Positions 8,968 through 18,298 are shown, counted from the first letter of the stretch. The stretch is 64,000 bases of DNA from an uncultured Bdellovibrionales bacterium (GCA_964505555.1 CAZDIO010000026.1:2924-66923); one strand, 5' to 3'. Program-made: numbers and translations. Notes: generated by a model not told the origin, from the letters alone.

Positions 8968-9594
8968 GTGAATGGGCATTTTAGGTTCAGGCGTCTAGTC
9001 GTAACAGCTCTTCTCGGATCGACCTTTGCCACGGGGTGCGTCACGTATCGGACCAATAAGCCGGTATTTGATGCAACTGCCGCGGCAGCTGTTGGCGTCG
9101 CTGCTGTGGGAGCCCGTGATTCACGGGACGCGTTTGATGGAATTGCCTTCGCGGGTGCCGCAGCAGATTTGATGGGTCTTGCTGCCGATCTCTACTTTCT
9201 GGATATCGATGAGCAGAGCAACTGCACCATTCTGTGGTCAATTGCCTACCTGCGAAATCTTCCGGAAAGCGAATGGAGCAACAGCCGGATCGAATTTATG
9301 GTCCCCTCGATAAGGCCAAGATATGAATTTGTGATGCGGCGATCTCGCAATCGAGTTGGCGCTCCGGGAATCGAGCTTGAAATTGCCGATTTCTCTCAGC
9401 GCCTTCTCGTCAAGGATGCGGTTCCCTACCATCCCAATTACATATTTTGGCCTGATGAACTCTTGGACAAGAATCCCCATTGGGGATCTCCGCTCCAAGC
9501 ACTTCAAAAGTGGCTGCGTGAAAACCCCGAACAAGATGTGTTTGTGGTTTCCATTGAGAAGCAAGCTCCTGAACAGCAGCTTCCGGATGGGTAA
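8968..9594 (+). CDS. hypothetical lipoprotein
   Basis: 208-aa ORF. The N-terminus 'RRLVVTALLGSTFATGCV' looks like a signal peptide plus lipobox. No recognisable family. Lies in a GC-richer block. Confidence 0.4.
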   Translation: MNGHFRFRRLVVTALLGSTFATGCVTYRTNKPVFDATAAAAVGVAAVGARDSRDAFDGIAFAGAAADLMGLAADLYFLDIDEQSNCTILWSIAYLRNLPESEWSNSRIEFMVPSIRPRYEFVMRRSRNRVGAPGIELEIADFSQRLLVKDAVPYHPNYIFWPDELLDKNPHWGSPLQALQKWLRENPEQDVFVVSIEKQAPEQQLPDG

Positions 9595-9649
9595 AGACCT
9601 CTCACACCCAAAAACAACAAACAAGAGAAGATGAGAGTAAAGGTTAACC

Positions 9650-10600
9650 TTGGTTTTGGAGGTAAAGGATATGAATTCGCGAACTCGTCGTGGCGTTGTC
9701 TGCATGATAATGTCGGCACTATTATTTTCCGGATGTGCCGCAACAGGACCAGGAAAAAGAACTCCTGGTCCTGTAAAGCTGATCGTCAAGGACACCGGAG
9801 CTTCACCACCGACGGCGTCTCAAAATGGCTCTTCGGGAGTAGAAGCTCAGGCGGCGTCCCCTGCTTCTGGCTCATCACTTATGCCAGCTCAGAGAATTAC
9901 AACGGATAAAGCAACGAGTGAAGTTAAGGGGCACTACGATGTGTGCAAAAAATGCACGCATCTAGACGCCATGACTGCCGGTAAGGTCGAGACCACGGCA
10001 ACGGATTGGGCTGGATTCACCCAGGTTCGACCAGGCGGAGGCGGTTCCCTTCAAGAAGCTACAAATCGAGCGCAAACACCGACAACTGGAAGCAAACCCA
10101 GTTGTTGCGAGAAAGAAGCCGCTCAAGCACCCGTAAAAAGCGCATCGGGAGCGGCTTCAGTAACAACGCAGCCGGAAAAGGAGCCGTGTGGTTGTTGTGA
10201 CAAAAAGGCAACAACCAATCCCGGCGAGAACTTATTGCGGATGCTGGACGATGCAAAGCGGCGGAAGCAATTAGCCTCTGCGACTGAACCTCGCGAGGCA
10301 CAGCAACTGACACCAGAAACGAACGATTCCCCAACACCTAGTCCCATACCGAGTGGGCAAGTAGTACCTTCGACGCTTCCTGAGCTGAAGCTCAGGTACG
10401 AAGCGGTCCTTTCGGTGGTGAAACCCGATGGTCGCTTCGATTTTCAATTCCGGGATCTGATTCCGGAGTTAGCCCTGCTTGGAAGTACCGTGAAGGGCTT
10501 GGGTAGTGGAATTCCGAGTGAACAAGAACTCGCAAACTTGGGAGAGCGTCTCGCGGCGCTCAGTGATCAAGTTACGGTTAAGAAGGGAGCAAGTCGATGA
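9650..10600 (+). CDS. hypothetical Pro/Thr/Ser-rich lipoprotein
   Basis: The likely start is the ATG at 9671 ('MNSRTRRGVVCMIMSALLFSGCAATG', lipobox). The central region is low complexity. The stop overlaps the next ORF start (ATGA). Confidence 0.4.
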   Translation: MVLEVKDMNSRTRRGVVCMIMSALLFSGCAATGPGKRTPGPVKLIVKDTGASPPTASQNGSSGVEAQAASPASGSSLMPAQRITTDKATSEVKGHYDVCKKCTHLDAMTAGKVETTATDWAGFTQVRPGGGGSLQEATNRAQTPTTGSKPSCCEKEAAQAPVKSASGAASVTTQPEKEPCGCCDKKATTNPGENLLRMLDDAKRRKQLASATEPREAQQLTPETNDSPTPSPIPSGQVVPSTLPELKLRYEAVLSVVKPDGRFDFQFRDLIPELALLGSTVKGLGSGIPSEQELANLGERLAALSDQVTVKKGASR

Positions 10601-11565
10601 AGATAAAGGCGCTTATGGAAGCGGGCGATGGACATTCCCAAATCGAAAACGAACACGACATAACTCCCGACGACCTGCGGGGGATCCTTGCAGACTACTT
10701 TTATGTCTTGCGGGAAAATGCGGACCGCGTTGACTTTGTTGCGCCGGATATTGGTCGACGCGCAAGGGAGTTCTGCAAGGCAAATCTAGCATTTGTTCAG
10801 CGCTTCGGAGACGTGACAGCGGCACGGGCCGTTGTTAGTGGAATCTTGCGGCAAGTGCGTGCAGACTTCATGATGGACTGCGGCGATACGACGGTTAGAA
10901 CGCGGTTCGCTCGGCTTGCCGCAGGCGATCGGGTCTGGTTTGAAGCGACGCTCGCGGGCGTCAGCTGCAAGCTCGCCCTGGGGGTTCCAAAGAACCTTCC
11001 AATGGACGCGCTCCGGCCGTTTACGGAAACCGGAGTTCTGTGGGTGAATTCTCACGATCGCCGGGGTGCCTTTGGAGGTGGTCTTGCTGTTCCTGCTGCC
11101 AAGGTTGTCGTTCCGCAGGAACCGGTTGCAGCACCTTCGATCCCAATGCCTGTTGCCGAACCGCTGTCAAGCGGAAACGTGTCGAGCAGCACGCGGAAAC
11201 GTTTACGCCCGTGGGCAGTGGCGGCTGTGTTGGCGTTTGGGGCGGTATTGATCTATTTCTTTGGGCTAGGCGGACAACCAAACAGTCCGGCGTATGCCCA
11301 GACTGAAGGTCATAACCCGACAAGAAACGAACCATCCGTAACAGCAGATCCGTCTGAGAAAAAAGGCGGGACCAGCGCTGGAACGAGCACTGAGAAGATC
11401 GCGTGGGAACACGCGCGCAAGGCGGTATCCGCGCTTGACGAAGTCGTTGATGAAACGAACGCACAAATCCGCGAGGCTGAAAAAAAACGGAATGATCTAG
11501 CCGAGACAGCTGAGACGATCCGGTTACTCGTCCCGGAGAAACCGTCAGAAGGCGGTGACGACTGA
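10597..11565 (+). CDS. hypothetical protein with one C-terminal-half TM segment
   Basis: 322-aa ORF coupled to the upstream ORF. It has a hydrophobic helix 'WAVAAVLAFGAVLIYFFGL'. A strong terminator follows. Confidence 0.4.
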   Translation: MKIKALMEAGDGHSQIENEHDITPDDLRGILADYFYVLRENADRVDFVAPDIGRRAREFCKANLAFVQRFGDVTAARAVVSGILRQVRADFMMDCGDTTVRTRFARLAAGDRVWFEATLAGVSCKLALGVPKNLPMDALRPFTETGVLWVNSHDRRGAFGGGLAVPAAKVVVPQEPVAAPSIPMPVAEPLSSGNVSSSTRKRLRPWAVAAVLAFGAVLIYFFGLGGQPNSPAYAQTEGHNPTRNEPSVTADPSEKKGGTSAGTSTEKIAWEHARKAVSALDEVVDETNAQIREAEKKRNDLAETAETIRLLVPEKPSEGGDD

Positions 11566-11584
11566 GCGAGGAGTTGAAGTACGT

Positions 11585-11622
11585 GCCGGCGGTCCGTGTT
11601 GCACGGACCGCCGGCTATTTCT
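11585..11622 (+). terminator. Rho-independent terminator
   Basis: A perfect 14-bp GC-rich stem GCCGGCGGTCCGTG-ttg-CACGGACCGCCGGC is followed by TATTTCTT, 20 nt after the stop at 11565. Confidence 0.65.
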
Positions 11623-11649
11623 TACGCCGCAATAAAAAATCGTAATTCG

Positions 11650-11671
11650 GTGAGTTTGTAAGTGAACTCGA
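11650..11671 (+). repeat. 22-bp direct repeat, copy 1 (GTGAGTTTGTAAGTGAACTCGA)
   Basis: An identical 22-mer occurs at 11825..11846. It contains the internal dyad GAGTT-N8-AACTC. It lies in the non-coding right arm of island A, so it may be a recombination directionality or arm-type site. Confidence 0.5.
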
Positions 11672-11824
11672 ATGATTACGATAATCACGGTCTTGTTTCT
11701 AACTCAGCTGAGAGCGCTTGTTAGTGAGCGTGAGTGGCTGATAAGAAACATGGAACGTGGGTAACGCGATTGTTTTTGGTTTGAGGAGATGATGGAATAT
11801 CAGAGTTTATTTCTTTGCAGTTGA

Positions 11825-11846
11825 GTGAGTTTGTAAGTGAACTCGA
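11825..11846 (+). repeat. 22-bp direct repeat, copy 2
   Basis: Identical to 11650..11671. Confidence 0.5.
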
Positions 11847-12063
11847 GTGACTGCTTTAGAAATGGCTTTGGTTTTCGTCGTCATTCATAACCAAAAGATA
11901 AGAGGAAGCGACGGTCAAGAGACAGCGCTTGGCGAAAGCGGTTAGTCCCTAAGGGTTAAATACTCATCTTCTCCTCTTTTAGAAATTAAATCTTGTGTTC
12001 TGACACGTGACAATTTGTCGCAGAGACGCGCTAAGGGCGCTCATTATAATAAATAAGCTGCAA

Positions 12064-12119
12064 TGCCCTGGCGGAGACTCGAACTCCGATGTTGTTTCCA
12101 ACACATGGTTCTGAGCCAT
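12064..12119 (-). repeat. att-type direct repeat copy 2 = 3' portion of tRNA-Leu(CAG)
   Basis: Identical over 56 bp to 4937..4992. The flanks diverge immediately on both sides. No tRNA 5' half is present. Confidence 0.8.
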
Positions 12120-12248
12120 GTTTTTTGCCATTTTCACAATGTATCATAATGCGTCACTGTGTGTCATCGACATCAATTTCAGTCAATAAAATCAAGCTAT
12201 TTCTTGCTTCATGAGATTCCATAGTGTATCACTGTAGCGCATGCGTTT

Positions 12249-12314
12249 TGTCACCCAAATGTCACCCAAACGACAACACATGGCAAAACATTTGCTTCGT
12301 ATGTTTGGGTGACA
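12249..12314 (+). promoter_or_regulatory. Three copies of the 11-mer TGTCACCCAAA (two direct, one inverted) upstream of integrase B
   Basis: Copies at 12249..12259, 12260..12270 and, inverted (TTTGGGTGACA), at 12304..12314. The inverted copy overlaps the ORF-track GTG start, so the ATG at 12339 is the more likely start. Confidence 0.4.
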
Positions 12315-13574
12315 AAGAATTATAGGTCACAACAATTTATGCCCAACATCAACCTTACCGATCGAACAGTCCAAGCGCTCAAGTCAGATTTTCAGCGAGA
12401 AGACTTTTACGATGATAGCTTCTCACATGGTGGAAGCTTCGGCGTTCGCGTAAGCAAGTCCGGAAAGAAGGTGTTCTTTCTCATTTACCGCGCGGACGGC
12501 GTAAGAAAGCGCTATAACCTCGGCCGCTATCCGATGATATCCCTGGCCGAAGCTCGAAAGAAGGCAATTGAAGCTCTAAACAGCGTCGGGAATGGTGACG
12601 ATCCGTCACGCCAACGGAGCCGTTTAAAGAAAGCGGAGACATTTGAGGAGCTAGCCGAGGTTTACCTTTGCAACCATGAGAACAAACTAGCCCCCAGTTC
12701 TTTTCGGGACTTCCGAGGCATGCTGAAACGAGATGCCTTTCCGCGATTTGGCGAAAAGAAGGCCATTTCAATTACCAAAGCGGAGATTATCTCAATGCTT
12801 GATGCGATTGCTTACGGACGAGGAAAGCCAATCATGGCAAACAGGACTCTTCAACTTGTCCGTCGCATTTTTAATTATGGCATATCACGCGATCTCGTCC
12901 AGATGAATCCAGCCCAGGGTATTGAGAAGCCCGGGGAGGAACGAAAAGGGCAACGCGTCTTCTCACAGGAAGAGATTAAGTTGTTTTGGAAAGTAACAGA
13001 ACACGAAGAGCCTTTCATTCGTTGTCTCTATCGACTTCTTCTTTTGACCGGCACAAGACCAAAAGAGGTAAAGGGAATGCAGTGGTCGCATATTGATGGA
13101 GAAATTTGGACAATCCCCGCAGAGAATTCGAAGAATCGGAGAAAGCATCAACTGTATTTCTCTGACCTAGCAAGAAAGGAAATTCGATTACTTGAACAAT
13201 GCGCAAACGGCAGTCCATTTGTTTTTCCAGGATTAAAACCAGATGACCACCTTAAGGAGTTTCGAGAAGGCCATCTGCGACTGTTATCCCATATGGACGG
13301 GGAACGATGGACACCACGAGATTTAAGGCGAACCGTTCAGACTCGAATGAGTGAAATCGGGATTCGCCCTGACATCGTAGACCGGGTCCTAAACCACAAC
13401 ATTCCTGGGGTGCGGGCACACTATGACCACTACAATTACTTTCCGGAAATTCGAAACGCGCTTATTGCATGGGCCAACAAAGTCAAAACTATTGCAGGAG
13501 GTGCGAGACAACAGAAAGTAGTTAATATTCGTGGTGGATTTAGAAAAGAACTTCCTGCTTACCAAAGCCAATGA
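12309..13574 (+). CDS. int: tyrosine recombinase/integrase, P4-like (paralogue of integrase A)
   Basis: 'INLTDRTVQALKS...FGVRVSKSGKKVFFLIYRADGVRKRYNLGRYPMISLAEARKKA'. Catalytic residues are 'TGTRPKE', 'RWTPRDLRRT' and 'LNH...RAHY'. Probable start at 12339. Confidence 0.85.
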   Translation: MTKNYRSQQFMPNINLTDRTVQALKSDFQREDFYDDSFSHGGSFGVRVSKSGKKVFFLIYRADGVRKRYNLGRYPMISLAEARKKAIEALNSVGNGDDPSRQRSRLKKAETFEELAEVYLCNHENKLAPSSFRDFRGMLKRDAFPRFGEKKAISITKAEIISMLDAIAYGRGKPIMANRTLQLVRRIFNYGISRDLVQMNPAQGIEKPGEERKGQRVFSQEEIKLFWKVTEHEEPFIRCLYRLLLLTGTRPKEVKGMQWSHIDGEIWTIPAENSKNRRKHQLYFSDLARKEIRLLEQCANGSPFVFPGLKPDDHLKEFREGHLRLLSHMDGERWTPRDLRRTVQTRMSEIGIRPDIVDRVLNHNIPGVRAHYDHYNYFPEIRNALIAWANKVKTIAGGARQQKVVNIRGGFRKELPAYQSQ

Positions 13575-13594
13575 CAAGGTTGTTCGTACAATTA

Positions 13595-14041
13595 TTAAAC
13601 AATATTCTCATCGCAGAACTGACGAGGCGTAATGACACGAACACCTTTAAAGTCTGTAATATCTAATAGGTCGCGGTCACCGCTTACGATAATATGAATG
13701 CCCGCATGAACGGCACAGGCAAAAAACTTGTCGTCATCCAAGTCTCTGGATATTGGTTCGGAGAACGTCGGAACATCATCGAGTATCACGCTAAACCTTG
13801 TGATTCGACGAAATAGCTCTAAGAATTCCTCTTCTGAGTATCCAGTTGTCACTCGTTCTATGACACGAACGTACTCGTCATAGATATCGCGGGAGAGAAC
13901 AAGCTCAAGCAATCCCTTTTCACATTGTCGGATTATTGTCCGGGGCGCTCCCTCACCAAAGAATAAGCCAGAGATAAGAACGTTCGTATCAAGAACGATT
14001 CTTTTCACGTCGCTTTGCTTCTCTGACCTCTTTAGTGGCAC
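13595..14041 (-). CDS. PIN-domain toxin (VapC-like)
   Basis: 'RIVLDTNVLISGLF' and 'IIVSGDRDLL' are PIN acidic motifs. The true start is probably the internal GTG near 14008, because the ORF-track start overlaps the antitoxin by 53 nt. Confidence 0.7.
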   Translation of the reverse strand: MPLKRSEKQSDVKRIVLDTNVLISGLFFGEGAPRTIIRQCEKGLLELVLSRDIYDEYVRVIERVTTGYSEEEFLELFRRITRFSVILDDVPTFSEPISRDLDDDKFFACAVHAGIHIIVSGDRDLLDITDFKGVRVITPRQFCDENIV

Positions 14042-14285
14042 GAGCTACATCTTCCTCAGTAATACCTGCTTTCTTCGTAAACTCACCTGCTTTCGTAACG
14101 AGATCAGCCCAAAACTCCGCGATCTGTTCCTTACTCGGAGGCGGAATAGGTTTGAACAATATCGAACCATTCACAGTTACTACAGCAAACTGGGTTCCCG
14201 GTTCAAGATGAAGCAGTTTGCGAATTGGCTCAGGGATCACCACCTGACCATTACGAGACATTTTGCTTGTTTCAAACGTTTCCAT
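13989..14285 (-). CDS. AbrB/MazE/SpoVT-family antitoxin
   Basis: 'MSRNGQVVIPEPIRKLLHLEPGTQFAVV' is a looped-hinge-helix motif. The gene lies upstream of and overlaps the PIN gene. Direct repeats AATTATTGTA x2 lie in its promoter region (14297-14325). Confidence 0.7.
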   Translation of the reverse strand: METFETSKMSRNGQVVIPEPIRKLLHLEPGTQFAVVTVNGSILFKPIPPPSKEQIAEFWADLVTKAGEFTKKAGITEEDVARATKEVREAKRREKNRS

Positions 14286-14495
14286 GACTCAACCTTATAA
14301 TTATTGTAAACTACAATTATTGTATCATACAACGTTCAGAGATTTCAACAAAATTATTCAAGCCTTAGGCTTACCCTTCGCCCACAGCCTCTATCATGTA
14401 AAAACAATCAATTATTCATTGCTATGAATATTCATTTCAAGCGATAATTATAACGGGGCGACTTAACGAAAGCCGTTGGCTTTCGCGACGGTATC

Positions 14496-14837
14496 TTGGA
14501 AGGGTTTGATTCTATGACAAGTCATCGTAAATGGAAGGACCTTAAATCTACAATTTCATCTGAACGTCGCGTTCGGGTTGACGCTGAAACACGTAAGCTC
14601 CATGAGGAGTATATGGCTCTCCAAACGTTACGGAAGACGCTGAACATAACGCAGGAGGAACTTGCTGAGTTGATGAAAGTGCGCCAACACGTCGTGTCTA
14701 AAATGGAAAATGGACACAACATGTACATCTCGACCCTTCAACGTTTAATTCAAGCAATGGGTGGAGAACTTAAACTCGTTGCACACTTTCCTGATCGGGA
14801 TATCGTGATTGACCAATTCAAGTCCGACGAGAACTAA
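14496..14837 (+). CDS. XRE-family HTH protein (orphan antitoxin-like)
   Basis: 'LNITQEELAELMKVRQHVVSKMENGHN' is an HTH. The likely start is the ATG at 14514. No toxin-sized ORF lies upstream. Confidence 0.6.
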   Translation: MEGFDSMTSHRKWKDLKSTISSERRVRVDAETRKLHEEYMALQTLRKTLNITQEELAELMKVRQHVVSKMENGHNMYISTLQRLIQAMGGELKLVAHFPDRDIVIDQFKSDEN

Positions 14838-14935
14838 AGAGCTGGCGAACGTGTTTTCGTGACTGAAGTATCCGTGGATATGCCGTCGAGGCAGACGGCC
14901 CCAAGGGGAATCTTCAAGAATCTGCGGCCTCACTT

Positions 14936-17128
14936 TCATAGATTCACCTTTTTTAAGCGAAGTGCGTTGCCGATCACGGATACTGAACTTAAACTCATTG
15001 CCAATGCTGCGATCATTGGGTTGAGAAGGGTCCCAAAGAAGGGATAGAGCACACCTGCTGCTACTGGCACACCTAGTACATTATAGATGAAGGCAAAGAA
15101 CAGATTCTCCCTTATATTTCGCATTGTGGCACGACTGAGTTTTCTCGCTCGCGCAATGCCACGCAAATCGCCCTTCACCAGCGTAACTCCGGCACTTTCC
15201 ATCGCAATATCAGTGCCTGTACCCATCGCAATACCGATATTGGCCTGCGCAAGCGCGGGAGCATCATTTATTCCGTCGCCAGCCATAGCAACGATGCGCC
15301 CTTTTTGCTGCAATTCCTTTACGATTCGACTTTTTTCCTCGGGAAGAACCTCCGCACGAATATCTTCAATTCCAAGTTTTCTGCCAATGGCCACTGCCGT
15401 GGTCTTACTGTCACCGGTGAGCATTACTACGGTAATCCCTTCGTCCCGAAGAAGACGAAGTGCTTCTTCGGTTGACTCTTTGATGGGATCCGCAACACCA
15501 AGCATTCCCGCGGCTCTGCCATCTACCCCAATGAACATAACCGTTTGTCCCTCCGCGCGAAGAGCCTCCGCGCGTTCGGTAAGTGCACTCACATCAACAC
15601 CATTTTCCGCGAGAAGACGCTTATTCCCGAGAAGCACATCTCGGCCTTCTACAAAACCACGCACTCCTCTACCAGTAATAGACTTAAAATCTGTCACGTT
15701 CTTAAACTTTGCTCCCTGCACTTCGGCCCCTGAAACTATTGCCTGAGCGAGTGGGTGCTCACTTGCTCGTTCAAGCGAAGCAGCTAGCCCGAGGACCTCT
15801 TCCTCTTGAAATGGCGGGAAAGCAGTTACCGATACTAGTTTAGGTTTTCCTTCGGTTAGCGTGCCTGTCTTATCGACAACCAGAATGTCCACCTTCTCAA
15901 AGGTTTCGAGCGCTTCAGCATCTTTAATCAGCACTCCTAAGTGTGCACCTCTCCCGGTGCCAACCATGATTGACATCGGGGTAGCAAGACCCAGAGCGCA
16001 AGGACAGGCGATAATAAGAACAGCAACACTATTGACCATAGCAAAGGCAAGCGCTGGCTCAGGTCCTAAATTAGCCCAGACAATAAATGTAATGATGGCT
16101 ATTACAATCACACTCGGCACGAAATATGCTGCTACGGAATCTACCAGACGTTGAATGGGAGCACGCGAGCGTTGGGCTTCACTCACTAGATGCACAATTC
16201 GCGCGAGCATAGTGTCACCTCCGACGCGCGCAGCCTCCATCACAAAGCCACCGCTACCGTTGACCGTACCACCGATAACCTTCGAGCCCTTGCTCTTTTC
16301 AACCGGCATCGACTCACCCGTAATCATCGACTCATCAACATGCGTGGTGCCCTCAACAATAACTCCATCGACCGGAACTTTCTCGCCCGGCTTTACCCGT
16401 AACCGATCTCCAACTTTAAGATCGTCGAGCGCGACTTTTTCCTCGGAACCGTCTGCCCTCAGACGAAACGCTGTCGGTGGTGTAAGTTCAAGAAGCGCTC
16501 GAATTGCACTACTGGTTTGGACGCGAGCCTTCAGCTCCAACACCTGTCCGAGGAGAACGAGCGTCGTAATAACTGCTGCTGCTTCAAAGTATACGGGAAC
16601 TATTCCGCCTTCTTCTCGAAACGTCTCGGGAAACAAGTCAGGAAACAACACCGCTATAACGCTGTAGCCATAGGCGACTGAAACCCCAAGAGCGATTAAG
16701 GTAAACATGTTGAGATTTCGAGTCGCCACTGATTTCCATCCTCGTTCGAAGAAAGGCCAAGCACCCCAAAGAACTACAGGCGTTGCGAGAAGCAGTTGTA
16801 GCCAGGAGGCGACCGAAGCCGGTAGCAAGCGGTGAAGTGGCATCTCGGGAAGAAGGTCATCCATACTGTAAAGAAACAAGGGGAGGGTGAGCATCATGCT
16901 TCCCCAGAATCGCCGTGTCATGTCGCGAAGTTCTTCATTCTCATCATCCTGACCAACACCGCCTCGTGGCTCAAGTGCCATCCCACACTTTGGACAGGAA
17001 CCGGGATGATCCTGTGTAATTTCTGGATGCATTGGACAAGTATAGATTACTCCCCGTTGAGATGAAGGTGTATTCTTCGCTTCCAGTGTGCTTCCAACTT
17101 GCACTGTTTGATGATCGCAGCATGCCAT
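14936..17128 (-). CDS. Cu(I)/Ag(I)-type heavy-metal P1B-type ATPase
   Basis: N-terminal '[22 protein letters not shown]' metal-binding module. '[11 protein letters not shown]' is the CPC motif, with 'DKTGTLT', 'MLTGD' and '[12 protein letters not shown]' also present. Confidence 0.9.
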   Translation of the reverse strand: MACCDHQTVQVGSTLEAKNTPSSQRGVIYTCPMHPEITQDHPGSCPKCGMALEPRGGVGQDDENEELRDMTRRFWGSMMLTLPLFLYSMDDLLPEMPLHRLLPASVASWLQLLLATPVVLWGAWPFFERGWKSVATRNLNMFTLIALGVSVAYGYSVIAVLFPDLFPETFREEGGIVPVYFEAAAVITTLVLLGQVLELKARVQTSSAIRALLELTPPTAFRLRADGSEEKVALDDLKVGDRLRVKPGEKVPVDGVIVEGTTHVDESMITGESMPVEKSKGSKVIGGTVNGSGGFVMEAARVGGDTMLARIVHLVSEAQRSRAPIQRLVDSVAAYFVPSVIVIAIITFIVWANLGPEPALAFAMVNSVAVLIIACPCALGLATPMSIMVGTGRGAHLGVLIKDAEALETFEKVDILVVDKTGTLTEGKPKLVSVTAFPPFQEEEVLGLAASLERASEHPLAQAIVSGAEVQGAKFKNVTDFKSITGRGVRGFVEGRDVLLGNKRLLAENGVDVSALTERAEALRAEGQTVMFIGVDGRAAGMLGVADPIKESTEEALRLLRDEGITVVMLTGDSKTTAVAIGRKLGIEDIRAEVLPEEKSRIVKELQQKGRIVAMAGDGINDAPALAQANIGIAMGTGTDIAMESAGVTLVKGDLRGIARARKLSRATMRNIRENLFFAFIYNVLGVPVAAGVLYPFFGTLLNPMIAALAMSLSSVSVIGNALRLKKVNL

Positions 17129-17292
17129 ACCGTTTTCTCCTTAACTTCTGTGAGCGCCGAAATGCGGAATAACCAGTTTTGATACATCCACCGTTCCGTG
17201 CATCACCTCATAAGCTCGCATCAGAAGTAATCAATGCCGCTCTGCACCTGATCCTCTGAGAAAGGATAGGAAGGCATGAGTGGCTAAATCTT

Positions 17293-17571
17293 CTAATGGC
17301 AAGAAGGCTTTTGCGAAGCTGGGTTCTGTTCCTTTCCGTCAGGAGAGGAAGTCTTAGAGTTAGCCATTTTCCCACAACATCCACCTTTCTCCCCTGAAGG
17401 AGAAGCGAACATCATCATGGCCATTGGAATAACACAGCATCCGATCATCAGAAGCGGAATAAGAAGTGTGGCTCCTGCAAGAGGCACTCCAAATTTTGGC
17501 AGCACCACGAAAAGCGTCACCGCTACGACAACACAGAGAATCATCCATTTATAGCAATTCTTCATCCGCAT
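17293..17571 (-). CDS. small Cys-rich membrane protein (DUF2933-like)
   Basis: Two hydrophobic helices followed by 'GEKGGCCGK'. Proteins like this are common in copper/heavy-metal loci. The start is the ATG at 17571 or 17565. Confidence 0.4.
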   Translation of the reverse strand: MRMKNCYKWMILCVVVAVTLFVVLPKFGVPLAGATLLIPLLMIGCCVIPMAMMMFASPSGEKGGCCGKMANSKTSSPDGKEQNPASQKPSCH

Positions 17572-17725
17572 CTCCAGTCATCTTCATATTCGGCATCTTT
17601 GAAGACTTATCCATGGTCTCATGAAGCTTCATCGAGCCTTGTGACATGCCTTCATGCGGACGATTCTCGGCGACAACAGTTAAGGGCATTGCAACAATCA
17701 ATATTGCTATTAGTAGCGCTTTCAT
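17549..17725 (-). CDS. 58-aa secreted Met/His-rich peptide (candidate periplasmic Cu-binding protein)
   Basis: Below the ORF-track size cut-off. The RBS AGGAGGAAGACATT precedes the ATG. Translation: MKALLIAILIVAMPLTVVAENRPHEGMSQGSMKLHETMDKSSKMPNMKMTGDADEELL (signal peptide plus repeated M/H). Its 3' end overlaps the start of the next gene. Confidence 0.45.
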   Translation of the reverse strand: MKALLIAILIVAMPLTVVAENRPHEGMSQGSMKLHETMDKSSKMPNMKMTGDADEELL

Positions 17726-17745
17726 AATGTCTTCCTCCTAGCTTT

Positions 17746-18216
17746 TTAGTTGGCACTCATTTGACTGCAACTTTCGGCACACCGCGTGCAAACTTCCGCA
17801 CATTTTTGCATGTCGCGATCAGTTCCCATCTTTTGACAATCGTCAGCGCATGCTTCGCAAATGACCACGCAAGCCTCGCAGGTCTGCGCATGATAGGTGG
17901 AATTGCGAATGAGAAAATCTGCGCTTGTTACACAGATCGCTGCGCAGTCAGTCAGCAACCGAATATGCGTCGGGCTTGCGTGCTCACCGCCCTTCTCAAG
18001 ACAGTGCGGTAAAGTCTGACTACAAACTTGGTAGCATTCCAAGCACACCTGGGCGCATTGCTCCATTTGAGAAGAACTCATTTTTTTTGAAGAAGTTTTT
18101 GAAGAAGATTGTGTTGATGTATGTTCCATAGGGATCTCCATAAAATAATTTGTCTTTAATCCAACGAGTTGGTCGTGAATCGATAGGTGGGTTAGTACGC
18201 ATTTCGATTTAATCAA
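17746..18216 (-). CDS. four-helix-bundle Cys-rich copper-binding protein (DUF326-like)
   Basis: Repeated CxxxC/CxxC spacing: 'CAQVCLECYQVC...DCAAICV...CEACVVICEACADDC...CAEVCTRCAESC'. The probable start is the internal ATG near 18129-18141. Confidence 0.6.
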   Translation of the reverse strand: MIKSKCVLTHLSIHDQLVGLKTNYFMEIPMEHTSTQSSSKTSSKKMSSSQMEQCAQVCLECYQVCSQTLPHCLEKGGEHASPTHIRLLTDCAAICVTSADFLIRNSTYHAQTCEACVVICEACADDCQKMGTDRDMQKCAEVCTRCAESCSQMSAN

Positions 18217-18298
18217 TGGAATTTAAGCGACTCTGATGGGGTTTCCCATGACGAGCGTCATATCCGTCAGAGGAATTCGCCTCATTCTTGACCCGGTT

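Larger units (their letters stand above)
4937..12119. mobile_element. Integrative island A (about 7.1 kb) bounded by 56-bp tRNA-Leu-derived direct repeats
   Basis: Perfect 56-bp repeats at 4937..4992 and 12064..12119. A tyrosine integrase lies about 200 bp inside the left repeat. The cargo has a different composition from its flanks. Confidence 0.7.

Noticed and set aside
8661-8984. 107-aa ORF as a genuine gene
   Set aside because: Its sequence is explained by a truncated and frameshifted radC remnant. Part of the homology lies in another frame and the catalytic motif is missing.
9041-11466. Many 60-185-aa ORFs on both strands in island A cargo
   Set aside because: The region is GC-rich, which suppresses stop codons in all frames. 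Only the three co-directional, coupled plus-strand ORFs have signal peptide, lipobox or TM features and a terminator.
11650-11846. Possible small CRISPR-like or iteron array
   Set aside because: There are only two copies of a 22-bp repeat, 175 bp apart. There is no regular spacing and no cas genes. It is more consistent with recombination-accessory sites at an island end.
15087-16667. Long plus-strand ORFs (219, 97 and 170 aa) inside the P-type ATPase gene
   Set aside because: They are antisense to a 730-aa ORF with all P1B-ATPase motifs. Their products are low-complexity Ser/Pro/Ala/Thr-rich sequence, typical of the reverse frame of a GC-biased gene.
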